Sequence record: NC_047995.1
Reading direction: 5' to 3' (one strand)
Length of the DNA stretch: 64,000 bases
Shown: positions 9,659 through 18,718 of the stretch, one piece after another
Numbering within the stretch: the first letter of the stretch is position 1
Layout of the letters: each line of letters opens with the position of its first letter
Notes under the pieces: generated by a model
Told to the model about the DNA's origin: nothing
The model's database searches: none
The model's input: the letters and a program-made list of their open reading frames with translations, nothing else
Program-made: the position numbers and the translations under genes

Positions 9659-9873
9659 TGGGATGCGCTGGCTGTGGTCGTCGTAGCTCGCGTATTAGTT
9701 ACAACGGCAGTTCTGCTCCTCAGACAGTAATCGAAGAGGACGATACGTTAAGCGCTGCGCGTTTAACACCTCACGGCTGGGTACGCACTTGCGTCAAATG
9801 TGGCGTAGTGTCCGAGCCTTCACCTTTTGCAGAGAACATCGAAAAGACTTGTGCCTGCAAAACAGACGAGTGA
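9658..9873 (+). CDS. Small Cys-rich (Zn-ribbon-like) protein
   Basis: CAGC, CVKC, CAC motifs; TAATG coupling. Confidence 0.6.
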   Translation: MGCAGCGRRSSRISYNGSSAPQTVIEEDDTLSAARLTPHGWVRTCVKCGVVSEPSPFAENIEKTCACKTDE

Positions 9874-9875
9874 TC

Positions 9876-11087
9876 ATGATGAACAATCTCGTTGGTACGG
9901 CTGTAGCTTTAGACCAGTGTCGCTTCTACGTGGAGAACATGGTCAACATTCAATTCGGTAGTTCATTGGCGGAGGTTCCACCTGAGCCTCCTCGCAATGA
10001 GCCAATTAATAATCGTGTGCTGCACGGAATGATCAAGCAGACAGAGCTGGCGTTTGATAGCTCAATCAGCCGCACTGATCTGCAATTCCCGTATGCGCCG
10101 ATTCTATATCGCTTCCGTTCTATCTACGGTGTGTATGTAAGTCAGCATAGCGATGAACTCAATCCAGTTCGTGGTGGTCGCCCTACTGTGCTGGACACTA
10201 CTAGTGTGCCTGTTCCTGTGTGCGGAGAAAACGAACACGCTAAAGAGTTTGCTGTGCGTTTCTTACGATACACCGCGCATCAAGTTCGTGCGTTCCTGTA
10301 CATGGTGTGCCTGGACCAATACGCGCGTGAGCAAACAGACTGCTGGTTGCCTGATGCTCCTGACGCATTCGTCCTGCCTAGATCTATTTCGCTTGCTGGC
10401 AATGGTGTTGCATACACGACCGCGCATAACGAACTGATCAATCACCTGATGGAAGCGATGTTGCAGACGCATAGCGACACGCTGGACATTCATGTGTCTT
10501 TGCGTGACTACGGTCTGTCTGTGTTGTTCCCGCTGGTGGCTGAATGTCGTAACGTGATCTACGCTGCGTGGCCGATGCCTGCACGTCAGCCTCAGTCTGC
10601 ACCAAGAGGCGAGCACGTAACGTTTGACGACTTCCCTGTTGATGACGACGAGGAAGAGTTCGAGCCAATCCCGCCTATCGGTCCTATGTTTGAGAATCAG
10701 GCAGAGTGGACTACGGACGTGACTGAGATTGCGCAGTCATTCAACCTGCGAGCGTTCGTGGACGACAGCGATTCTTCCTTCACGCTCAAGCCTTCTGTCT
10801 ATCAAAGCGGCGAAGACTTCATGTACTGGTCAGAGCGTCACACGACAGGCCTGAGCGTTCTCGATATTGCAGTCAGTCCTATCAAAGGCCAAGCGTATCA
10901 GGACCTTGAAGTGATGTTGCGGAGTGTTGGTAAAACAGTCCGGGAGCTTGCGATACGCCGTGACTGCCACATCATCACTCGTTACATCGAACAAGATGAC
11001 CAATTCATTGGTGCAGTGATTCGCGTTCGCCGTAACATCGACTTCCCTAATTCACCGCAGGAACATATGTCTCACGTGGGGTTATAA
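9876..11087 (+). CDS. Hypothetical protein; C-terminal domain paralogous to next gene
   Basis: VLDI...CHI..Y.....+GA++RV.RN.DFP shared with 11087-11611. Confidence 0.7.
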   Translation: MMNNLVGTAVALDQCRFYVENMVNIQFGSSLAEVPPEPPRNEPINNRVLHGMIKQTELAFDSSISRTDLQFPYAPILYRFRSIYGVYVSQHSDELNPVRGGRPTVLDTTSVPVPVCGENEHAKEFAVRFLRYTAHQVRAFLYMVCLDQYAREQTDCWLPDAPDAFVLPRSISLAGNGVAYTTAHNELINHLMEAMLQTHSDTLDIHVSLRDYGLSVLFPLVAECRNVIYAAWPMPARQPQSAPRGEHVTFDDFPVDDDEEEFEPIPPIGPMFENQAEWTTDVTEIAQSFNLRAFVDDSDSSFTLKPSVYQSGEDFMYWSERHTTGLSVLDIAVSPIKGQAYQDLEVMLRSVGKTVRELAIRRDCHIITRYIEQDDQFIGAVIRVRRNIDFPNSPQEHMSHVGL

Positions 11088-11611
11088 TGACAGACCAAGT
11101 AAACGTATTTGAAGACCAGGGCAGTTGGGAAGACTTCGGCAGCGCTGTCTACGAAGAATTTCGTTTGAACACGATGACTGGCGCCAGCAGTGCTTCGCAG
11201 ATTCCGGAGGTCGGGCCGAACGAAGACGTTAAACACGCCATGACCTATCACACGCTGTCAGAGCAATCTGATAAGGTCGTGCTGGACATTCTGATCAACG
11301 AAGTCGCATTAGCCGAAGGTGAGTCGCGCAATTACGATGCAGCTGGACTGGACGCTGCTGTCCGCAAAGTCGTAGCGCTGTATCAAGCGCGAGCGCGTGA
11401 CCTCAACTGTCACATTACTGGTCAGTACCTGTCGGAAGAAAACAATGTTGTTGGTGCGCTGCTGCGTGTCTATCGCAACGATGACTTCCCTTGCACGGGC
11501 CACCCTGAAATGATGCACGGCAAACCAATCGGTATGTTCCACTGCGATAAGTGTCACCAGATGCAGGTCGCTGGTTCATTCCATTTACCTATGGAGAACG
11601 ACAATGGTTAA
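11087..11611 (+). CDS. Hypothetical protein with C-terminal Cys/His Zn finger
   Basis: CTGHPE...GMFHCDKC; paralog domain of upstream gene. Confidence 0.7.
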   Translation: MTDQVNVFEDQGSWEDFGSAVYEEFRLNTMTGASSASQIPEVGPNEDVKHAMTYHTLSEQSDKVVLDILINEVALAEGESRNYDAAGLDAAVRKVVALYQARARDLNCHITGQYLSEENNVVGALLRVYRNDDFPCTGHPEMMHGKPIGMFHCDKCHQMQVAGSFHLPMENDNG

Positions 11612-12071
11612 AGGTGGTCTCTGGCGTGTCTTCCCTGACTTCGATTCGGAAGAGATGCTGATGAAGCTCGGTGCTGCTATCGGCACCGAGCATGACGAAG
11701 ACGATGTGCCTGGCGAATTGCATGTCACTCTTGCCTACGACGAATCGAACCCTGACGTTACGGCGACAGTGAACGACGCAGGTGAGTTCTACGCTCTCGT
11801 CAAAGAAGCAACGTTGTTCGGTGAAGGTCAAGATAAGATTCTGGTGCTCGTACTCGAATCGCCTGACCTGTGCAAAGAGCATGAGCGCATCCACGCATGT
11901 GGTGCCGCTAAATGGTCACACGCCACGTATCACCCACACGTTACGCTGTTGAAGTCCGCCAAAGACAGTCAGGCTGAACATCTCAATCAGATCATTCAGC
12001 ACCCTGGACGTCCTCCTATCACTCTGCGTTTCATCGAAGAAGATCGCAAAGTGCTGGAAAAGCGTAACTAA
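11604..12071 (+). CDS. acb1: 2H phosphodiesterase, Acb1 (T4 gp57B)-like anti-CBASS nuclease
   Basis: Two HxT motifs (LHVTLAY, YHPHVTL); ILVLVLESPDL..EH...A.GA....Y.PHVTL closely parallels my recollection of T4 Acb1 VLVLVLDSEYL..RH...ALGA...Y.PHITL. Confidence 0.8.
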   Translation: MVKGGLWRVFPDFDSEEMLMKLGAAIGTEHDEDDVPGELHVTLAYDESNPDVTATVNDAGEFYALVKEATLFGEGQDKILVLVLESPDLCKEHERIHACGAAKWSHATYHPHVTLLKSAKDSQAEHLNQIIQHPGRPPITLRFIEEDRKVLEKRN

Positions 12072-12122
12072 ATCCTAGCGGTGGCCATGTGCTGCCGCTT
12101 TTGTCATTCTGGAGATATTTCG

Positions 12123-12452
12123 ATGGAAATGATTGTGAGCCTTAGCCACGAGATTCGTGTAGAGAAACAGGACAACGCTGCCACAGAAGCGCAGACGCAA
12201 GGTCCTACTGATGCTCAACAGGCTGCACTCGATCTGGCAGACCGTCAGCGTATCGTAGAAGAATACGGCATCGACGCGCCTAAGGAAGAGGTTGAAGAAA
12301 AAGAGAAGGACCGCATCGAGCGTGAGAAAGAGCAGGCTGACGAAAAGCGCATTACGCCACCAGCAGACCTTGGTCAGCGCAAGCCGATTGAAGACAAAGA
12401 CGTTACAGCTACCGATATTCAAAATCAGCACGATAGCCTGACGAAGATCTAG
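12123..12452 (+). CDS. Acidic/charged protein (N-terminal MEMIVSLS)
   Basis: GGAG RBS before ATG 12123. Confidence 0.7.
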   Translation: MEMIVSLSHEIRVEKQDNAATEAQTQGPTDAQQAALDLADRQRIVEEYGIDAPKEEVEEKEKDRIEREKEQADEKRITPPADLGQRKPIEDKDVTATDIQNQHDSLTKI

Positions 12453-12453
12453 G

Positions 12454-12464
12454 AATCTGTAAAT
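12454..12464 (+). promoter_or_regulatory. AATCTGTAAAT motif upstream of sigma factor gene
   Basis: Intergenic, 1 nt after upstream TAG. Confidence 0.6.
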
Positions 12465-12485
12465 AAGAGTCAAAGCAACTAACAG

Positions 12486-13535
12486 GTGTATTTGACCATG
12501 AACAATAAGTCGAATCTCACAGGCGGTCAGATAGAAAGCGTCATGGACACCATGTTGCATGACTGCCTCCGTGAGATTGTTGAGAACACGGATATCTTCG
12601 ACGTCCAGTTGACGTATCTGTTGGGCCTGGTTACGTCGAATAAGAAACGAAAGCCGTATAACGCAGAAACGCGTGACCGTGCTATCAGCCTTTTGATTCG
12701 AGCACTCTCTGTACCTCGCGATCAGAAAATGGTTTTCATCAGGGAGCTTAAAATGGAGCGCAACTTCATTTATGTCTTCCTGGAAAATGTAATTAAACGG
12801 TACTACGCGGTCTATGTCGAATTGTATCGCGCATTCATTACCACGCAAGATCCAATCAAGCGGGTGGCGTATTCGAAACGACTGGACGTGTATGTGAAAA
12901 TGTTCGGGGCAACGTCCCGTTCAAGCCTGTTCGTTGCGCTATGCCGTCTGAACGATCTCCTGCCGCAGTTCATGGAATACTTCCACTCGGTAGTTGCTGA
13001 CTTCTATCGTCTGTGCAGCAAGCAGACCAAGTTCTATGTTGATACTAATCGTGGTAAACTCTACGACAGCAAAGACGTGCGCCAGAACTTCCTGCGCAAC
13101 GTTATCATTGCGATCAACAAGTATGACTCGTCGCGTGGCGCGATAGTGAGTTATACGAAGTGGTGGATTCTTAACGCACAGACCTGTAGCAGTAGCGAGC
13201 ATGAATACGGCATCGCGTACACTATTCCCCAGACTCAACGTAAGAAACTGGCGACAGGTGAAGATACCACTTCTCTGAATTTCTCGGTAAGTCTCGATAC
13301 TCCAGCGAATGAATCTGATGAAGGTGCGGACGCGTCCCTGCATCAAAAAGTGAGTGACCATCATCACTTAGAAGATCACGTTGATAGTGAAAGACGTACC
13401 GAAAAACTGAGACTGCTTATCAAGCGTGTAGACCCTCTGGGTGTCGCTCGACTGACGATGGACGTTGGCGAGGAGTTCGATAAGTTTGAAATCGATCTCA
13501 TGCGTAAACATATGCAAGCTCAAGGGCTAGCCTAA
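12486..13535 (+). CDS. Phage RNA polymerase sigma factor (sigma70 region 2/3-like, region 4 not evident)
   Basis: DVRQNF...IAINKYDSSRGAIVSYTKWWI aligns to region 2 (DLIQEG..GL.KAV.KF...RG.KFSTYA.WWI); VSLDTP region 3. Confidence 0.8.
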   Translation: MYLTMNNKSNLTGGQIESVMDTMLHDCLREIVENTDIFDVQLTYLLGLVTSNKKRKPYNAETRDRAISLLIRALSVPRDQKMVFIRELKMERNFIYVFLENVIKRYYAVYVELYRAFITTQDPIKRVAYSKRLDVYVKMFGATSRSSLFVALCRLNDLLPQFMEYFHSVVADFYRLCSKQTKFYVDTNRGKLYDSKDVRQNFLRNVIIAINKYDSSRGAIVSYTKWWILNAQTCSSSEHEYGIAYTIPQTQRKKLATGEDTTSLNFSVSLDTPANESDEGADASLHQKVSDHHHLEDHVDSERRTEKLRLLIKRVDPLGVARLTMDVGEEFDKFEIDLMRKHMQAQGLA

Positions 13536-13537
13536 AA

Positions 13538-13545
13538 CTGTAAAC
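13538..13545 (+). promoter_or_regulatory. CTGTAAAC motif upstream of SSB gene
   Basis: Intergenic, 39 nt before ATG. Confidence 0.5.
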
Positions 13546-13584
13546 AGTGCATATCATAGCACAACTCAATATTGAGGAAATATA

Positions 13585-14859
13585 ATGGCACGTGGATTTG
13601 GTGACATTCAGGACAACAGCAAACGTGATAGTCTGCGTGAGTCCGAAATCTTTGAAATCTTCCCGCTCTCAAAGAAAGCAAACGGTAACTGGGTATCATT
13701 CCGCCTGTTAGACCTCGACCTGCTTCCAATCAAGAAGCACTGGATCAAGATCATGGGCGGCAAAGACAAAGATAAAGAAATCAAAATCCCGCGCATGTGC
13801 GTTAACTTCGACCCCGACAATCAGGGCAAGCCTCTGAACGGTATGAAGTGTCCGTACTGCGGTATCGCACACGGCAACGACGAATCTGGTGCGCCCGCGC
13901 AGTACGACTACAAGTGGTATGCGCAAGCGATCATCCGTGACGAACAGGCTGCTGCGCCACGTAAAATGCCGAAGCTCACGAAGAAAGAGCAGAAGACCGG
14001 CAAGAAAGAAATGGGCAGTGAGTCTTGGACTCCTGTGCAGTGTATTCCGCTGTCTAACTCTCTGGCGCAGAAAATCAAAGACCTGGGTGAGCGCAACATT
14101 CACACGGTCAAAGACAAAAAGTCTGGCAAGAAGTCTAAGCAAGCGTTCCAGGTCAACCATCCTAAGTACGGTTGTGATATCGAAGTCAAATACAACCCGA
14201 AAAAATCTCCTGCCGAGCGTTACACGCTTGAGCGCGGTGATCACACACCACTGACCAGCGATGAAAAAGAATATCTGACCTGGGACTTCGACAACTGGGC
14301 AGAAATCTACGACATGCTAGGACGTCTGAACGAAGAAGCTGCTATGGCTGACTTCAAGAAGATGGACGTTATCGGCGTTAACACCAATGACTCTGACGAT
14401 GGTGATGATGACGAAGACGATGATGACGGCATGGCGCTGGGCAAGAAAAAGAAAGGCGGCAAGGCGGACAAGAAAAAACGTCGTAGCAGCGATGACGACG
14501 ATGATGACGAAGATGATGAAGATGAAGATGATCGTCCTTCCAAGTCTAAAAAGTCCAAAGCGACCAAGTCCCGCAAAATGCTGGACGACGACGAGGACGA
14601 TGATGATGATGACGAAGACGATGAAGATGATCGTCCGTCTAAAAAGTCCAAGAAGTCTGCGAAGTCCAGCAAGTCTTCTAAGTATTCTAAAAAGTCCAAG
14701 AAGTCAGATGATGACGACGAAGACGAAGACGACAAGCCTAAGAAGAAGAAAAAGAAATCTTCGGACAAGGTGAAATCGTCCGATAAGAAGAAAAAGAAAA
14801 AGTCTTCGGATGACGATGACGACGACAAGCCGGCCAAGAAGAAAAAGAAGAAAAAGTAA
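13585..14859 (+). CDS. Probable single-stranded DNA-binding protein (gp32-like) with long Asp/Lys blocky tail
   Basis: Position between sigma and recA; C..CPYC Zn site; ~156-aa low-complexity tail from 14389. Confidence 0.6.
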   Translation: MARGFGDIQDNSKRDSLRESEIFEIFPLSKKANGNWVSFRLLDLDLLPIKKHWIKIMGGKDKDKEIKIPRMCVNFDPDNQGKPLNGMKCPYCGIAHGNDESGAPAQYDYKWYAQAIIRDEQAAAPRKMPKLTKKEQKTGKKEMGSESWTPVQCIPLSNSLAQKIKDLGERNIHTVKDKKSGKKSKQAFQVNHPKYGCDIEVKYNPKKSPAERYTLERGDHTPLTSDEKEYLTWDFDNWAEIYDMLGRLNEEAAMADFKKMDVIGVNTNDSDDGDDDEDDDDGMALGKKKKGGKADKKKRRSSDDDDDDEDDEDEDDRPSKSKKSKATKSRKMLDDDEDDDDDDEDDEDDRPSKKSKKSAKSSKSSKYSKKSKKSDDDDEDEDDKPKKKKKKSSDKVKSSDKKKKKKSSDDDDDDKPAKKKKKKK

Positions 14860-14869
14860 TGCGTGTAAC

Positions 14870-14896
14870 GGGGTAGCTTAGGCTGCCCCTTCTTTT
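14870..14896 (+). terminator. Rho-independent terminator
   Basis: GGGGTAGC-TTAG-GCTGCCCC then TTCTTTT. Confidence 0.8.
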
Positions 14897-14917
14897 CTCA
14901 ATCTGGACTATCCCACA

Positions 14918-17452
14918 ATGGCGAAAGCGAACAACAAGGCCGAGAAAAAGGCCGAGAAGAAAGCTAAAGTTAAAGCTAAGAAAGGCGGAGCAGAAGCAGT
15001 AGCGTCAGACGATATCGGTGGCGTTGAACTGCTTGGCTTTGACCTTGCTGGCCTGATGGACGATGTGCTTGATGCCATCGAAAAGAAAACGAAAGTAAGC
15101 TCGCAAGATGCAGCGCGACACGCACCACGTATATCAACTGGTTGCCTTGCGCTCGACATGTACCTGTCAGGCGGTATCGTACCTGGTGGTTGGTATACGT
15201 TCAGCGGCGGTGAGCAGTCCTGTAAGTCTACAATGACCATGAGTATCATGGCGAGCCTGATTCGTCTGAAATACTCTGGCATTAGCGTAGTGTTCGACTA
15301 CGAAGGTTCAACCGACGCCGAGTACGTTGCTGGTCAGTTGAAAACGTTTGGCGTTAAGGTCGACCCGAAAACTATCTTCGGTGTGCGTGACGACAAAGAC
15401 GGTAGCTGGATCGTTAAGCCTCAGATCCGCTACTACGCTCCTGACAACGGTGAGCGCTTCTTCGATTATATGTCGATGCTGCGTCGTCGTCTGCCAGACA
15501 AGATCGTTGAGAAAGACGGCTCCGCGTATTACATCTTTGAGAACAACAAAGAGAACGCGAAGAAGGTTGCAGGCAAGTACGATAAGAAATGGTTCAGCCG
15601 TAACAACCAGTTCAAAGTACCTGCGAACGACGGTCACATGCAGGCGATGGTTATCGTTGACTCCTATCCTGCGATGATGCCTGACCAGGTCGATGATGAT
15701 GACGGTTCGAAAGCAATGGCTCTGCAAGCGCGTATGTTCTCTGACGGCATCAAACGCTTCCGTGGTGGTATGCGTCGTAAGATGATGACCATCGTGGGCG
15801 TTAACCAGTTGCGCCAGAAGCCTGCTGTAATGTTCGGCAGCCCTGAGTATGAGCCTGGTGGCGATGCGTTGAAGTTCTATTGCTTCGACCGCGACACTCA
15901 GATTCGTACCGACCACGGCGTGTTGACTGCCCCGTACATCAAAGAGCTGCTGGACGCTGGCACCGAAGTCTCTGTAGAATCGTTCGACGGTTATCAGAAG
16001 ATCAACGGCGCATGGCTTGTTGAGGACGCACCGTTCCCGTTCGAGTTGAACGCTGGTGGTCATGTGTACGTCGGCTCGGCAGAACATCGCCAGTTCACGC
16101 TCATGCACGACCTGACTGCCGAAGGTACTCCTGTTCTGCGTCCTGAGTGGAACACGCTAAATCAACTGGCGCAGTACCCAGAGAAGCAAGGTCAGTACGC
16201 TGGTCTGCGTGTGCCTCCTGTCAAGGAACTGAAAGCGAATGTTCCTGATGAATTTGATCTGGCCTCACAACTGGTAAGCAGTCTGCTTGGTAACTGTGAC
16301 CCAGTAAGCAAACAACTGCCTCTGGTAACTCACGGCGAAACAACGTATGCTGCGAACTGTCTGTTCATCGACACTGTAGGTGAAGATACCGACACTGGTT
16401 CGTTCTCGTTCTGGGTAGAGAAGCTACTTGATATCGGTATCTATGCGTATGCAGACGAAACTGGTATCTGGATTCCTGGCCTGAACAAACACGAACTGGA
16501 AGCGGCTGTAGAGCAGGACGAACTCGGTGCGTTTGCTGGTATCAGTTTTGAAGCGACCTGTCGTCAACGTCAGACTCAAATGCTGACCGTGATTGTCGAT
16601 CACTTCCCTGAGCTGGTGCGTTACGTTCTGGACTATCAGTTGCAGACAGGCGATGACAAAATCTACCTGGCGCCTGAGAACGACTTCGCACAAGCGCTTG
16701 ACCTGATTCTGCATAAAGAGATCTCTGGCTATGATGACATGTACGACCTGCTGATGTTCCAGCTGGCGTATGTTGATGACTGGTACAACTTCGACTCTGC
16801 AATTCTGCCTGTGCCGTTTACGCTTCGTGCGCTTGACGAACAGCGTGAGTTCTGGGATGTGAACGTTGAAGAAACTGCGGTAGTTATTACCAACGGCTTC
16901 GTCAGTCATAACAGTGACGTGCGGGTGCGTCTGGCTTCTCGTGCAGTACCTGAAGGTTGGCCGAAGCTGAAAGATGCTCCTGGTATCGTAGGGGAGAAGT
17001 CTGTCACCGTCGAAGGTGGTACCGACCGTTATCGCTTCATCGCTGCTAAGACCATCAAGAACAAGATGGGCGGCATCCCTAACCAGCAGACGTGGTTACG
17101 TTTGTGGGAAGCTGATGGTAACGGCGAAGCGCGTGGCTTTGACCCAGTGTTCGATACGTGGCACTACCTGAAAACTCTCGGTCTGGTCAACGGTACGCGT
17201 AAAGCGTTCAAGCTGAAAGCGCCGTGTCCTCTCGCATCTGATGTTAAGATGGACTGGGATGACTTCCGTACTCTTATCAACGGCAGCAAAGAACAAGTTG
17301 TTGGCGTGTGTAAGAAACTGAAAGTCAAACCATCTGGCCTGCGCCTGTGGTGCTTCAAGTTCGTTCAGTCTGTCAAAGGTAACGACATGCTGAAAGCTGC
17401 AATCAGTAAGTCTGCCAAGAAGTCTGATGACGACGACGGCGACGACGAGTAA
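14918..17452 (+). CDS. recA: RecA/UvsX recombinase precursor containing an intein (spliced product ~500 aa)
   Basis: ISTG..LD..L.GGI..G, Walker A variant GGEQSCKST, VIVDSYPA Walker B, ALQARMFS, NQLRQK..VMFGSPE..PGG.ALKFY. Confidence 0.93.
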   Translation: MAKANNKAEKKAEKKAKVKAKKGGAEAVASDDIGGVELLGFDLAGLMDDVLDAIEKKTKVSSQDAARHAPRISTGCLALDMYLSGGIVPGGWYTFSGGEQSCKSTMTMSIMASLIRLKYSGISVVFDYEGSTDAEYVAGQLKTFGVKVDPKTIFGVRDDKDGSWIVKPQIRYYAPDNGERFFDYMSMLRRRLPDKIVEKDGSAYYIFENNKENAKKVAGKYDKKWFSRNNQFKVPANDGHMQAMVIVDSYPAMMPDQVDDDDGSKAMALQARMFSDGIKRFRGGMRRKMMTIVGVNQLRQKPAVMFGSPEYEPGGDALKFYCFDRDTQIRTDHGVLTAPYIKELLDAGTEVSVESFDGYQKINGAWLVEDAPFPFELNAGGHVYVGSAEHRQFTLMHDLTAEGTPVLRPEWNTLNQLAQYPEKQGQYAGLRVPPVKELKANVPDEFDLASQLVSSLLGNCDPVSKQLPLVTHGETTYAANCLFIDTVGEDTDTGSFSFWVEKLLDIGIYAYADETGIWIPGLNKHELEAAVEQDELGAFAGISFEATCRQRQTQMLTVIVDHFPELVRYVLDYQLQTGDDKIYLAPENDFAQALDLILHKEISGYDDMYDLLMFQLAYVDDWYNFDSAILPVPFTLRALDEQREFWDVNVEETAVVITNGFVSHNSDVRVRLASRAVPEGWPKLKDAPGIVGEKSVTVEGGTDRYRFIAAKTIKNKMGGIPNQQTWLRLWEADGNGEARGFDPVFDTWHYLKTLGLVNGTRKAFKLKAPCPLASDVKMDWDDFRTLINGSKEQVVGVCKKLKVKPSGLRLWCFKFVQSVKGNDMLKAAISKSAKKSDDDDGDDE
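15881..16912 (+). mobile_element. Intein in RecA (344 aa, Cys322-Asn665, +1 Ser)
   Basis: Interrupts ALKFY|SDVR; starts CFDRDT, block B SAEH, ends WDVNV..VITNGFVSHN followed by Ser. Confidence 0.92.
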
Positions 17453-17457
17453 TCCCT

Positions 17458-17484
17458 GAGCGGGCTTCGGCCTGCTCTCCTTTC
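17458..17484 (+). terminator. Rho-independent terminator
   Basis: GAGCGGGC-TTCG-GCCTGCTC, pyrimidine tail, right after recA stop. Confidence 0.65.
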
Positions 17485-17495
17485 TGGAGTAAGAA

Positions 17496-17924
17496 ATGCG
17501 TACTCAAATCTATACCGCTGATATCGTTAATCTGGAGACCGTTGTCGTTGATGACGAAGGTCAAGAGACACGTAGTCCGACAATCGTTCCTAATCTCGAC
17601 GGTGAGCGTGACCTGACTGTCAGCACTCTCGGTACAATCATGGCAACCGTGACTGCTGAACCAAACGCTGATGCTCGCATGATCGTTCTGGTATCACGCG
17701 CTCTGGTGCCTGCTCTCGCAGACCCTGAAGGTGACCTGTTCGATATCTTCGACCCAATCGAACGTGTTGCTGATGTTGTTGCTGGGAACGTCGGTAGCGT
17801 TCTCGGTATGCAGGTAGTAATCAACGATAAGTCCGCAGACAACGTTCTGGCTATCGCTGATGTTCTCGACAACGAAGCGGGCGTTACCATTCGCACCTTC
17901 GGCGCAGCGATCATTCGCGCGTAA
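17496..17924 (+). CDS. Hypothetical protein
   Basis: GGAG RBS, 142 aa. Confidence 0.75.
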   Translation: MRTQIYTADIVNLETVVVDDEGQETRSPTIVPNLDGERDLTVSTLGTIMATVTAEPNADARMIVLVSRALVPALADPEGDLFDIFDPIERVADVVAGNVGSVLGMQVVINDKSADNVLAIADVLDNEAGVTIRTFGAAIIRA

Positions 17925-17995
17925 TCCTAAGAGTGGGAGCAAGCCTCCCACATCTTCCTCAACTCGATAGACCTAATTAGGTCAGGAGTAATCTG

Positions 17996-18718
17996 ATGCA
18001 CAAGATGCACTTTAATCACGTACCCGGTCACGAAATGTTTGAAGGACTTATTTTTGGTTCCTACCACTCATTGAAATCACGGGAAAAACATCATCCGACA
18101 CGCAAGCATGAAATGGCAGTCGTGTATGTAGATATCACGGCCCGCGCCGCATCGGCTACCCTGTTTTCAATTCTCAAACGCCCGAATATCCCAGGTATAT
18201 TGCCCGTCTCGTATGTTGATATTCAATCCCTTCGAGGTCTGACAGCGGCGCGTGAGTTCACCGTATTCCTTTCGCCGAGCCTTGACTACATCGACAATAA
18301 ACAACTTGGCGTCGACCTACTTCGTTTCTTCACTGCAATGGAAGCAACGACACGCAGCGAAGCAGCCCGTACTAACGTCTATATGCAGACGGACACTCTG
18401 AATATGCTGGACTCTATTCGTGAAGCGTCCTATGCCTCGTATCTCGGTCCTGATTATGCGCATTCGTTCTTGGGCGATGAAACCACTAAGTCAAACATCG
18501 CATTCAAAGACGTGCTCTATTTGATCAACGACCCTGACCACATGAAGCGCCTGGCGGAAAGCCCTGCTGATTCCATTATCTTAGGCGATGACTACCTGCA
18601 TCTTAATATGCGCAGCCTCGACAAACTCGTAAGCGCATGTAAGGCAACAAGTAAGAAACTCATACTGAGTCCTAAACTTCATCGTGAATACTTCTTCAAG
18701 GTAATCTGTAAATACTGA
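17996..18718 (+). CDS. Hypothetical protein
   Basis: AGGAG RBS, 240 aa. Confidence 0.7.
   Translation: MHKMHFNHVPGHEMFEGLIFGSYHSLKSREKHHPTRKHEMAVVYVDITARAASATLFSILKRPNIPGILPVSYVDIQSLRGLTAAREFTVFLSPSLDYIDNKQLGVDLLRFFTAMEATTRSEAARTNVYMQTDTLNMLDSIREASYASYLGPDYAHSFLGDETTKSNIAFKDVLYLINDPDHMKRLAESPADSIILGDDYLHLNMRSLDKLVSACKATSKKLILSPKLHREYFFKVICKY

Noticed and set aside
15829-15846. Intein at the mycobacterial RecA-b site (MFG|SPE)
   Set aside because: This site is uninterrupted; the intein begins 14 codons after that junction, following ALKFY
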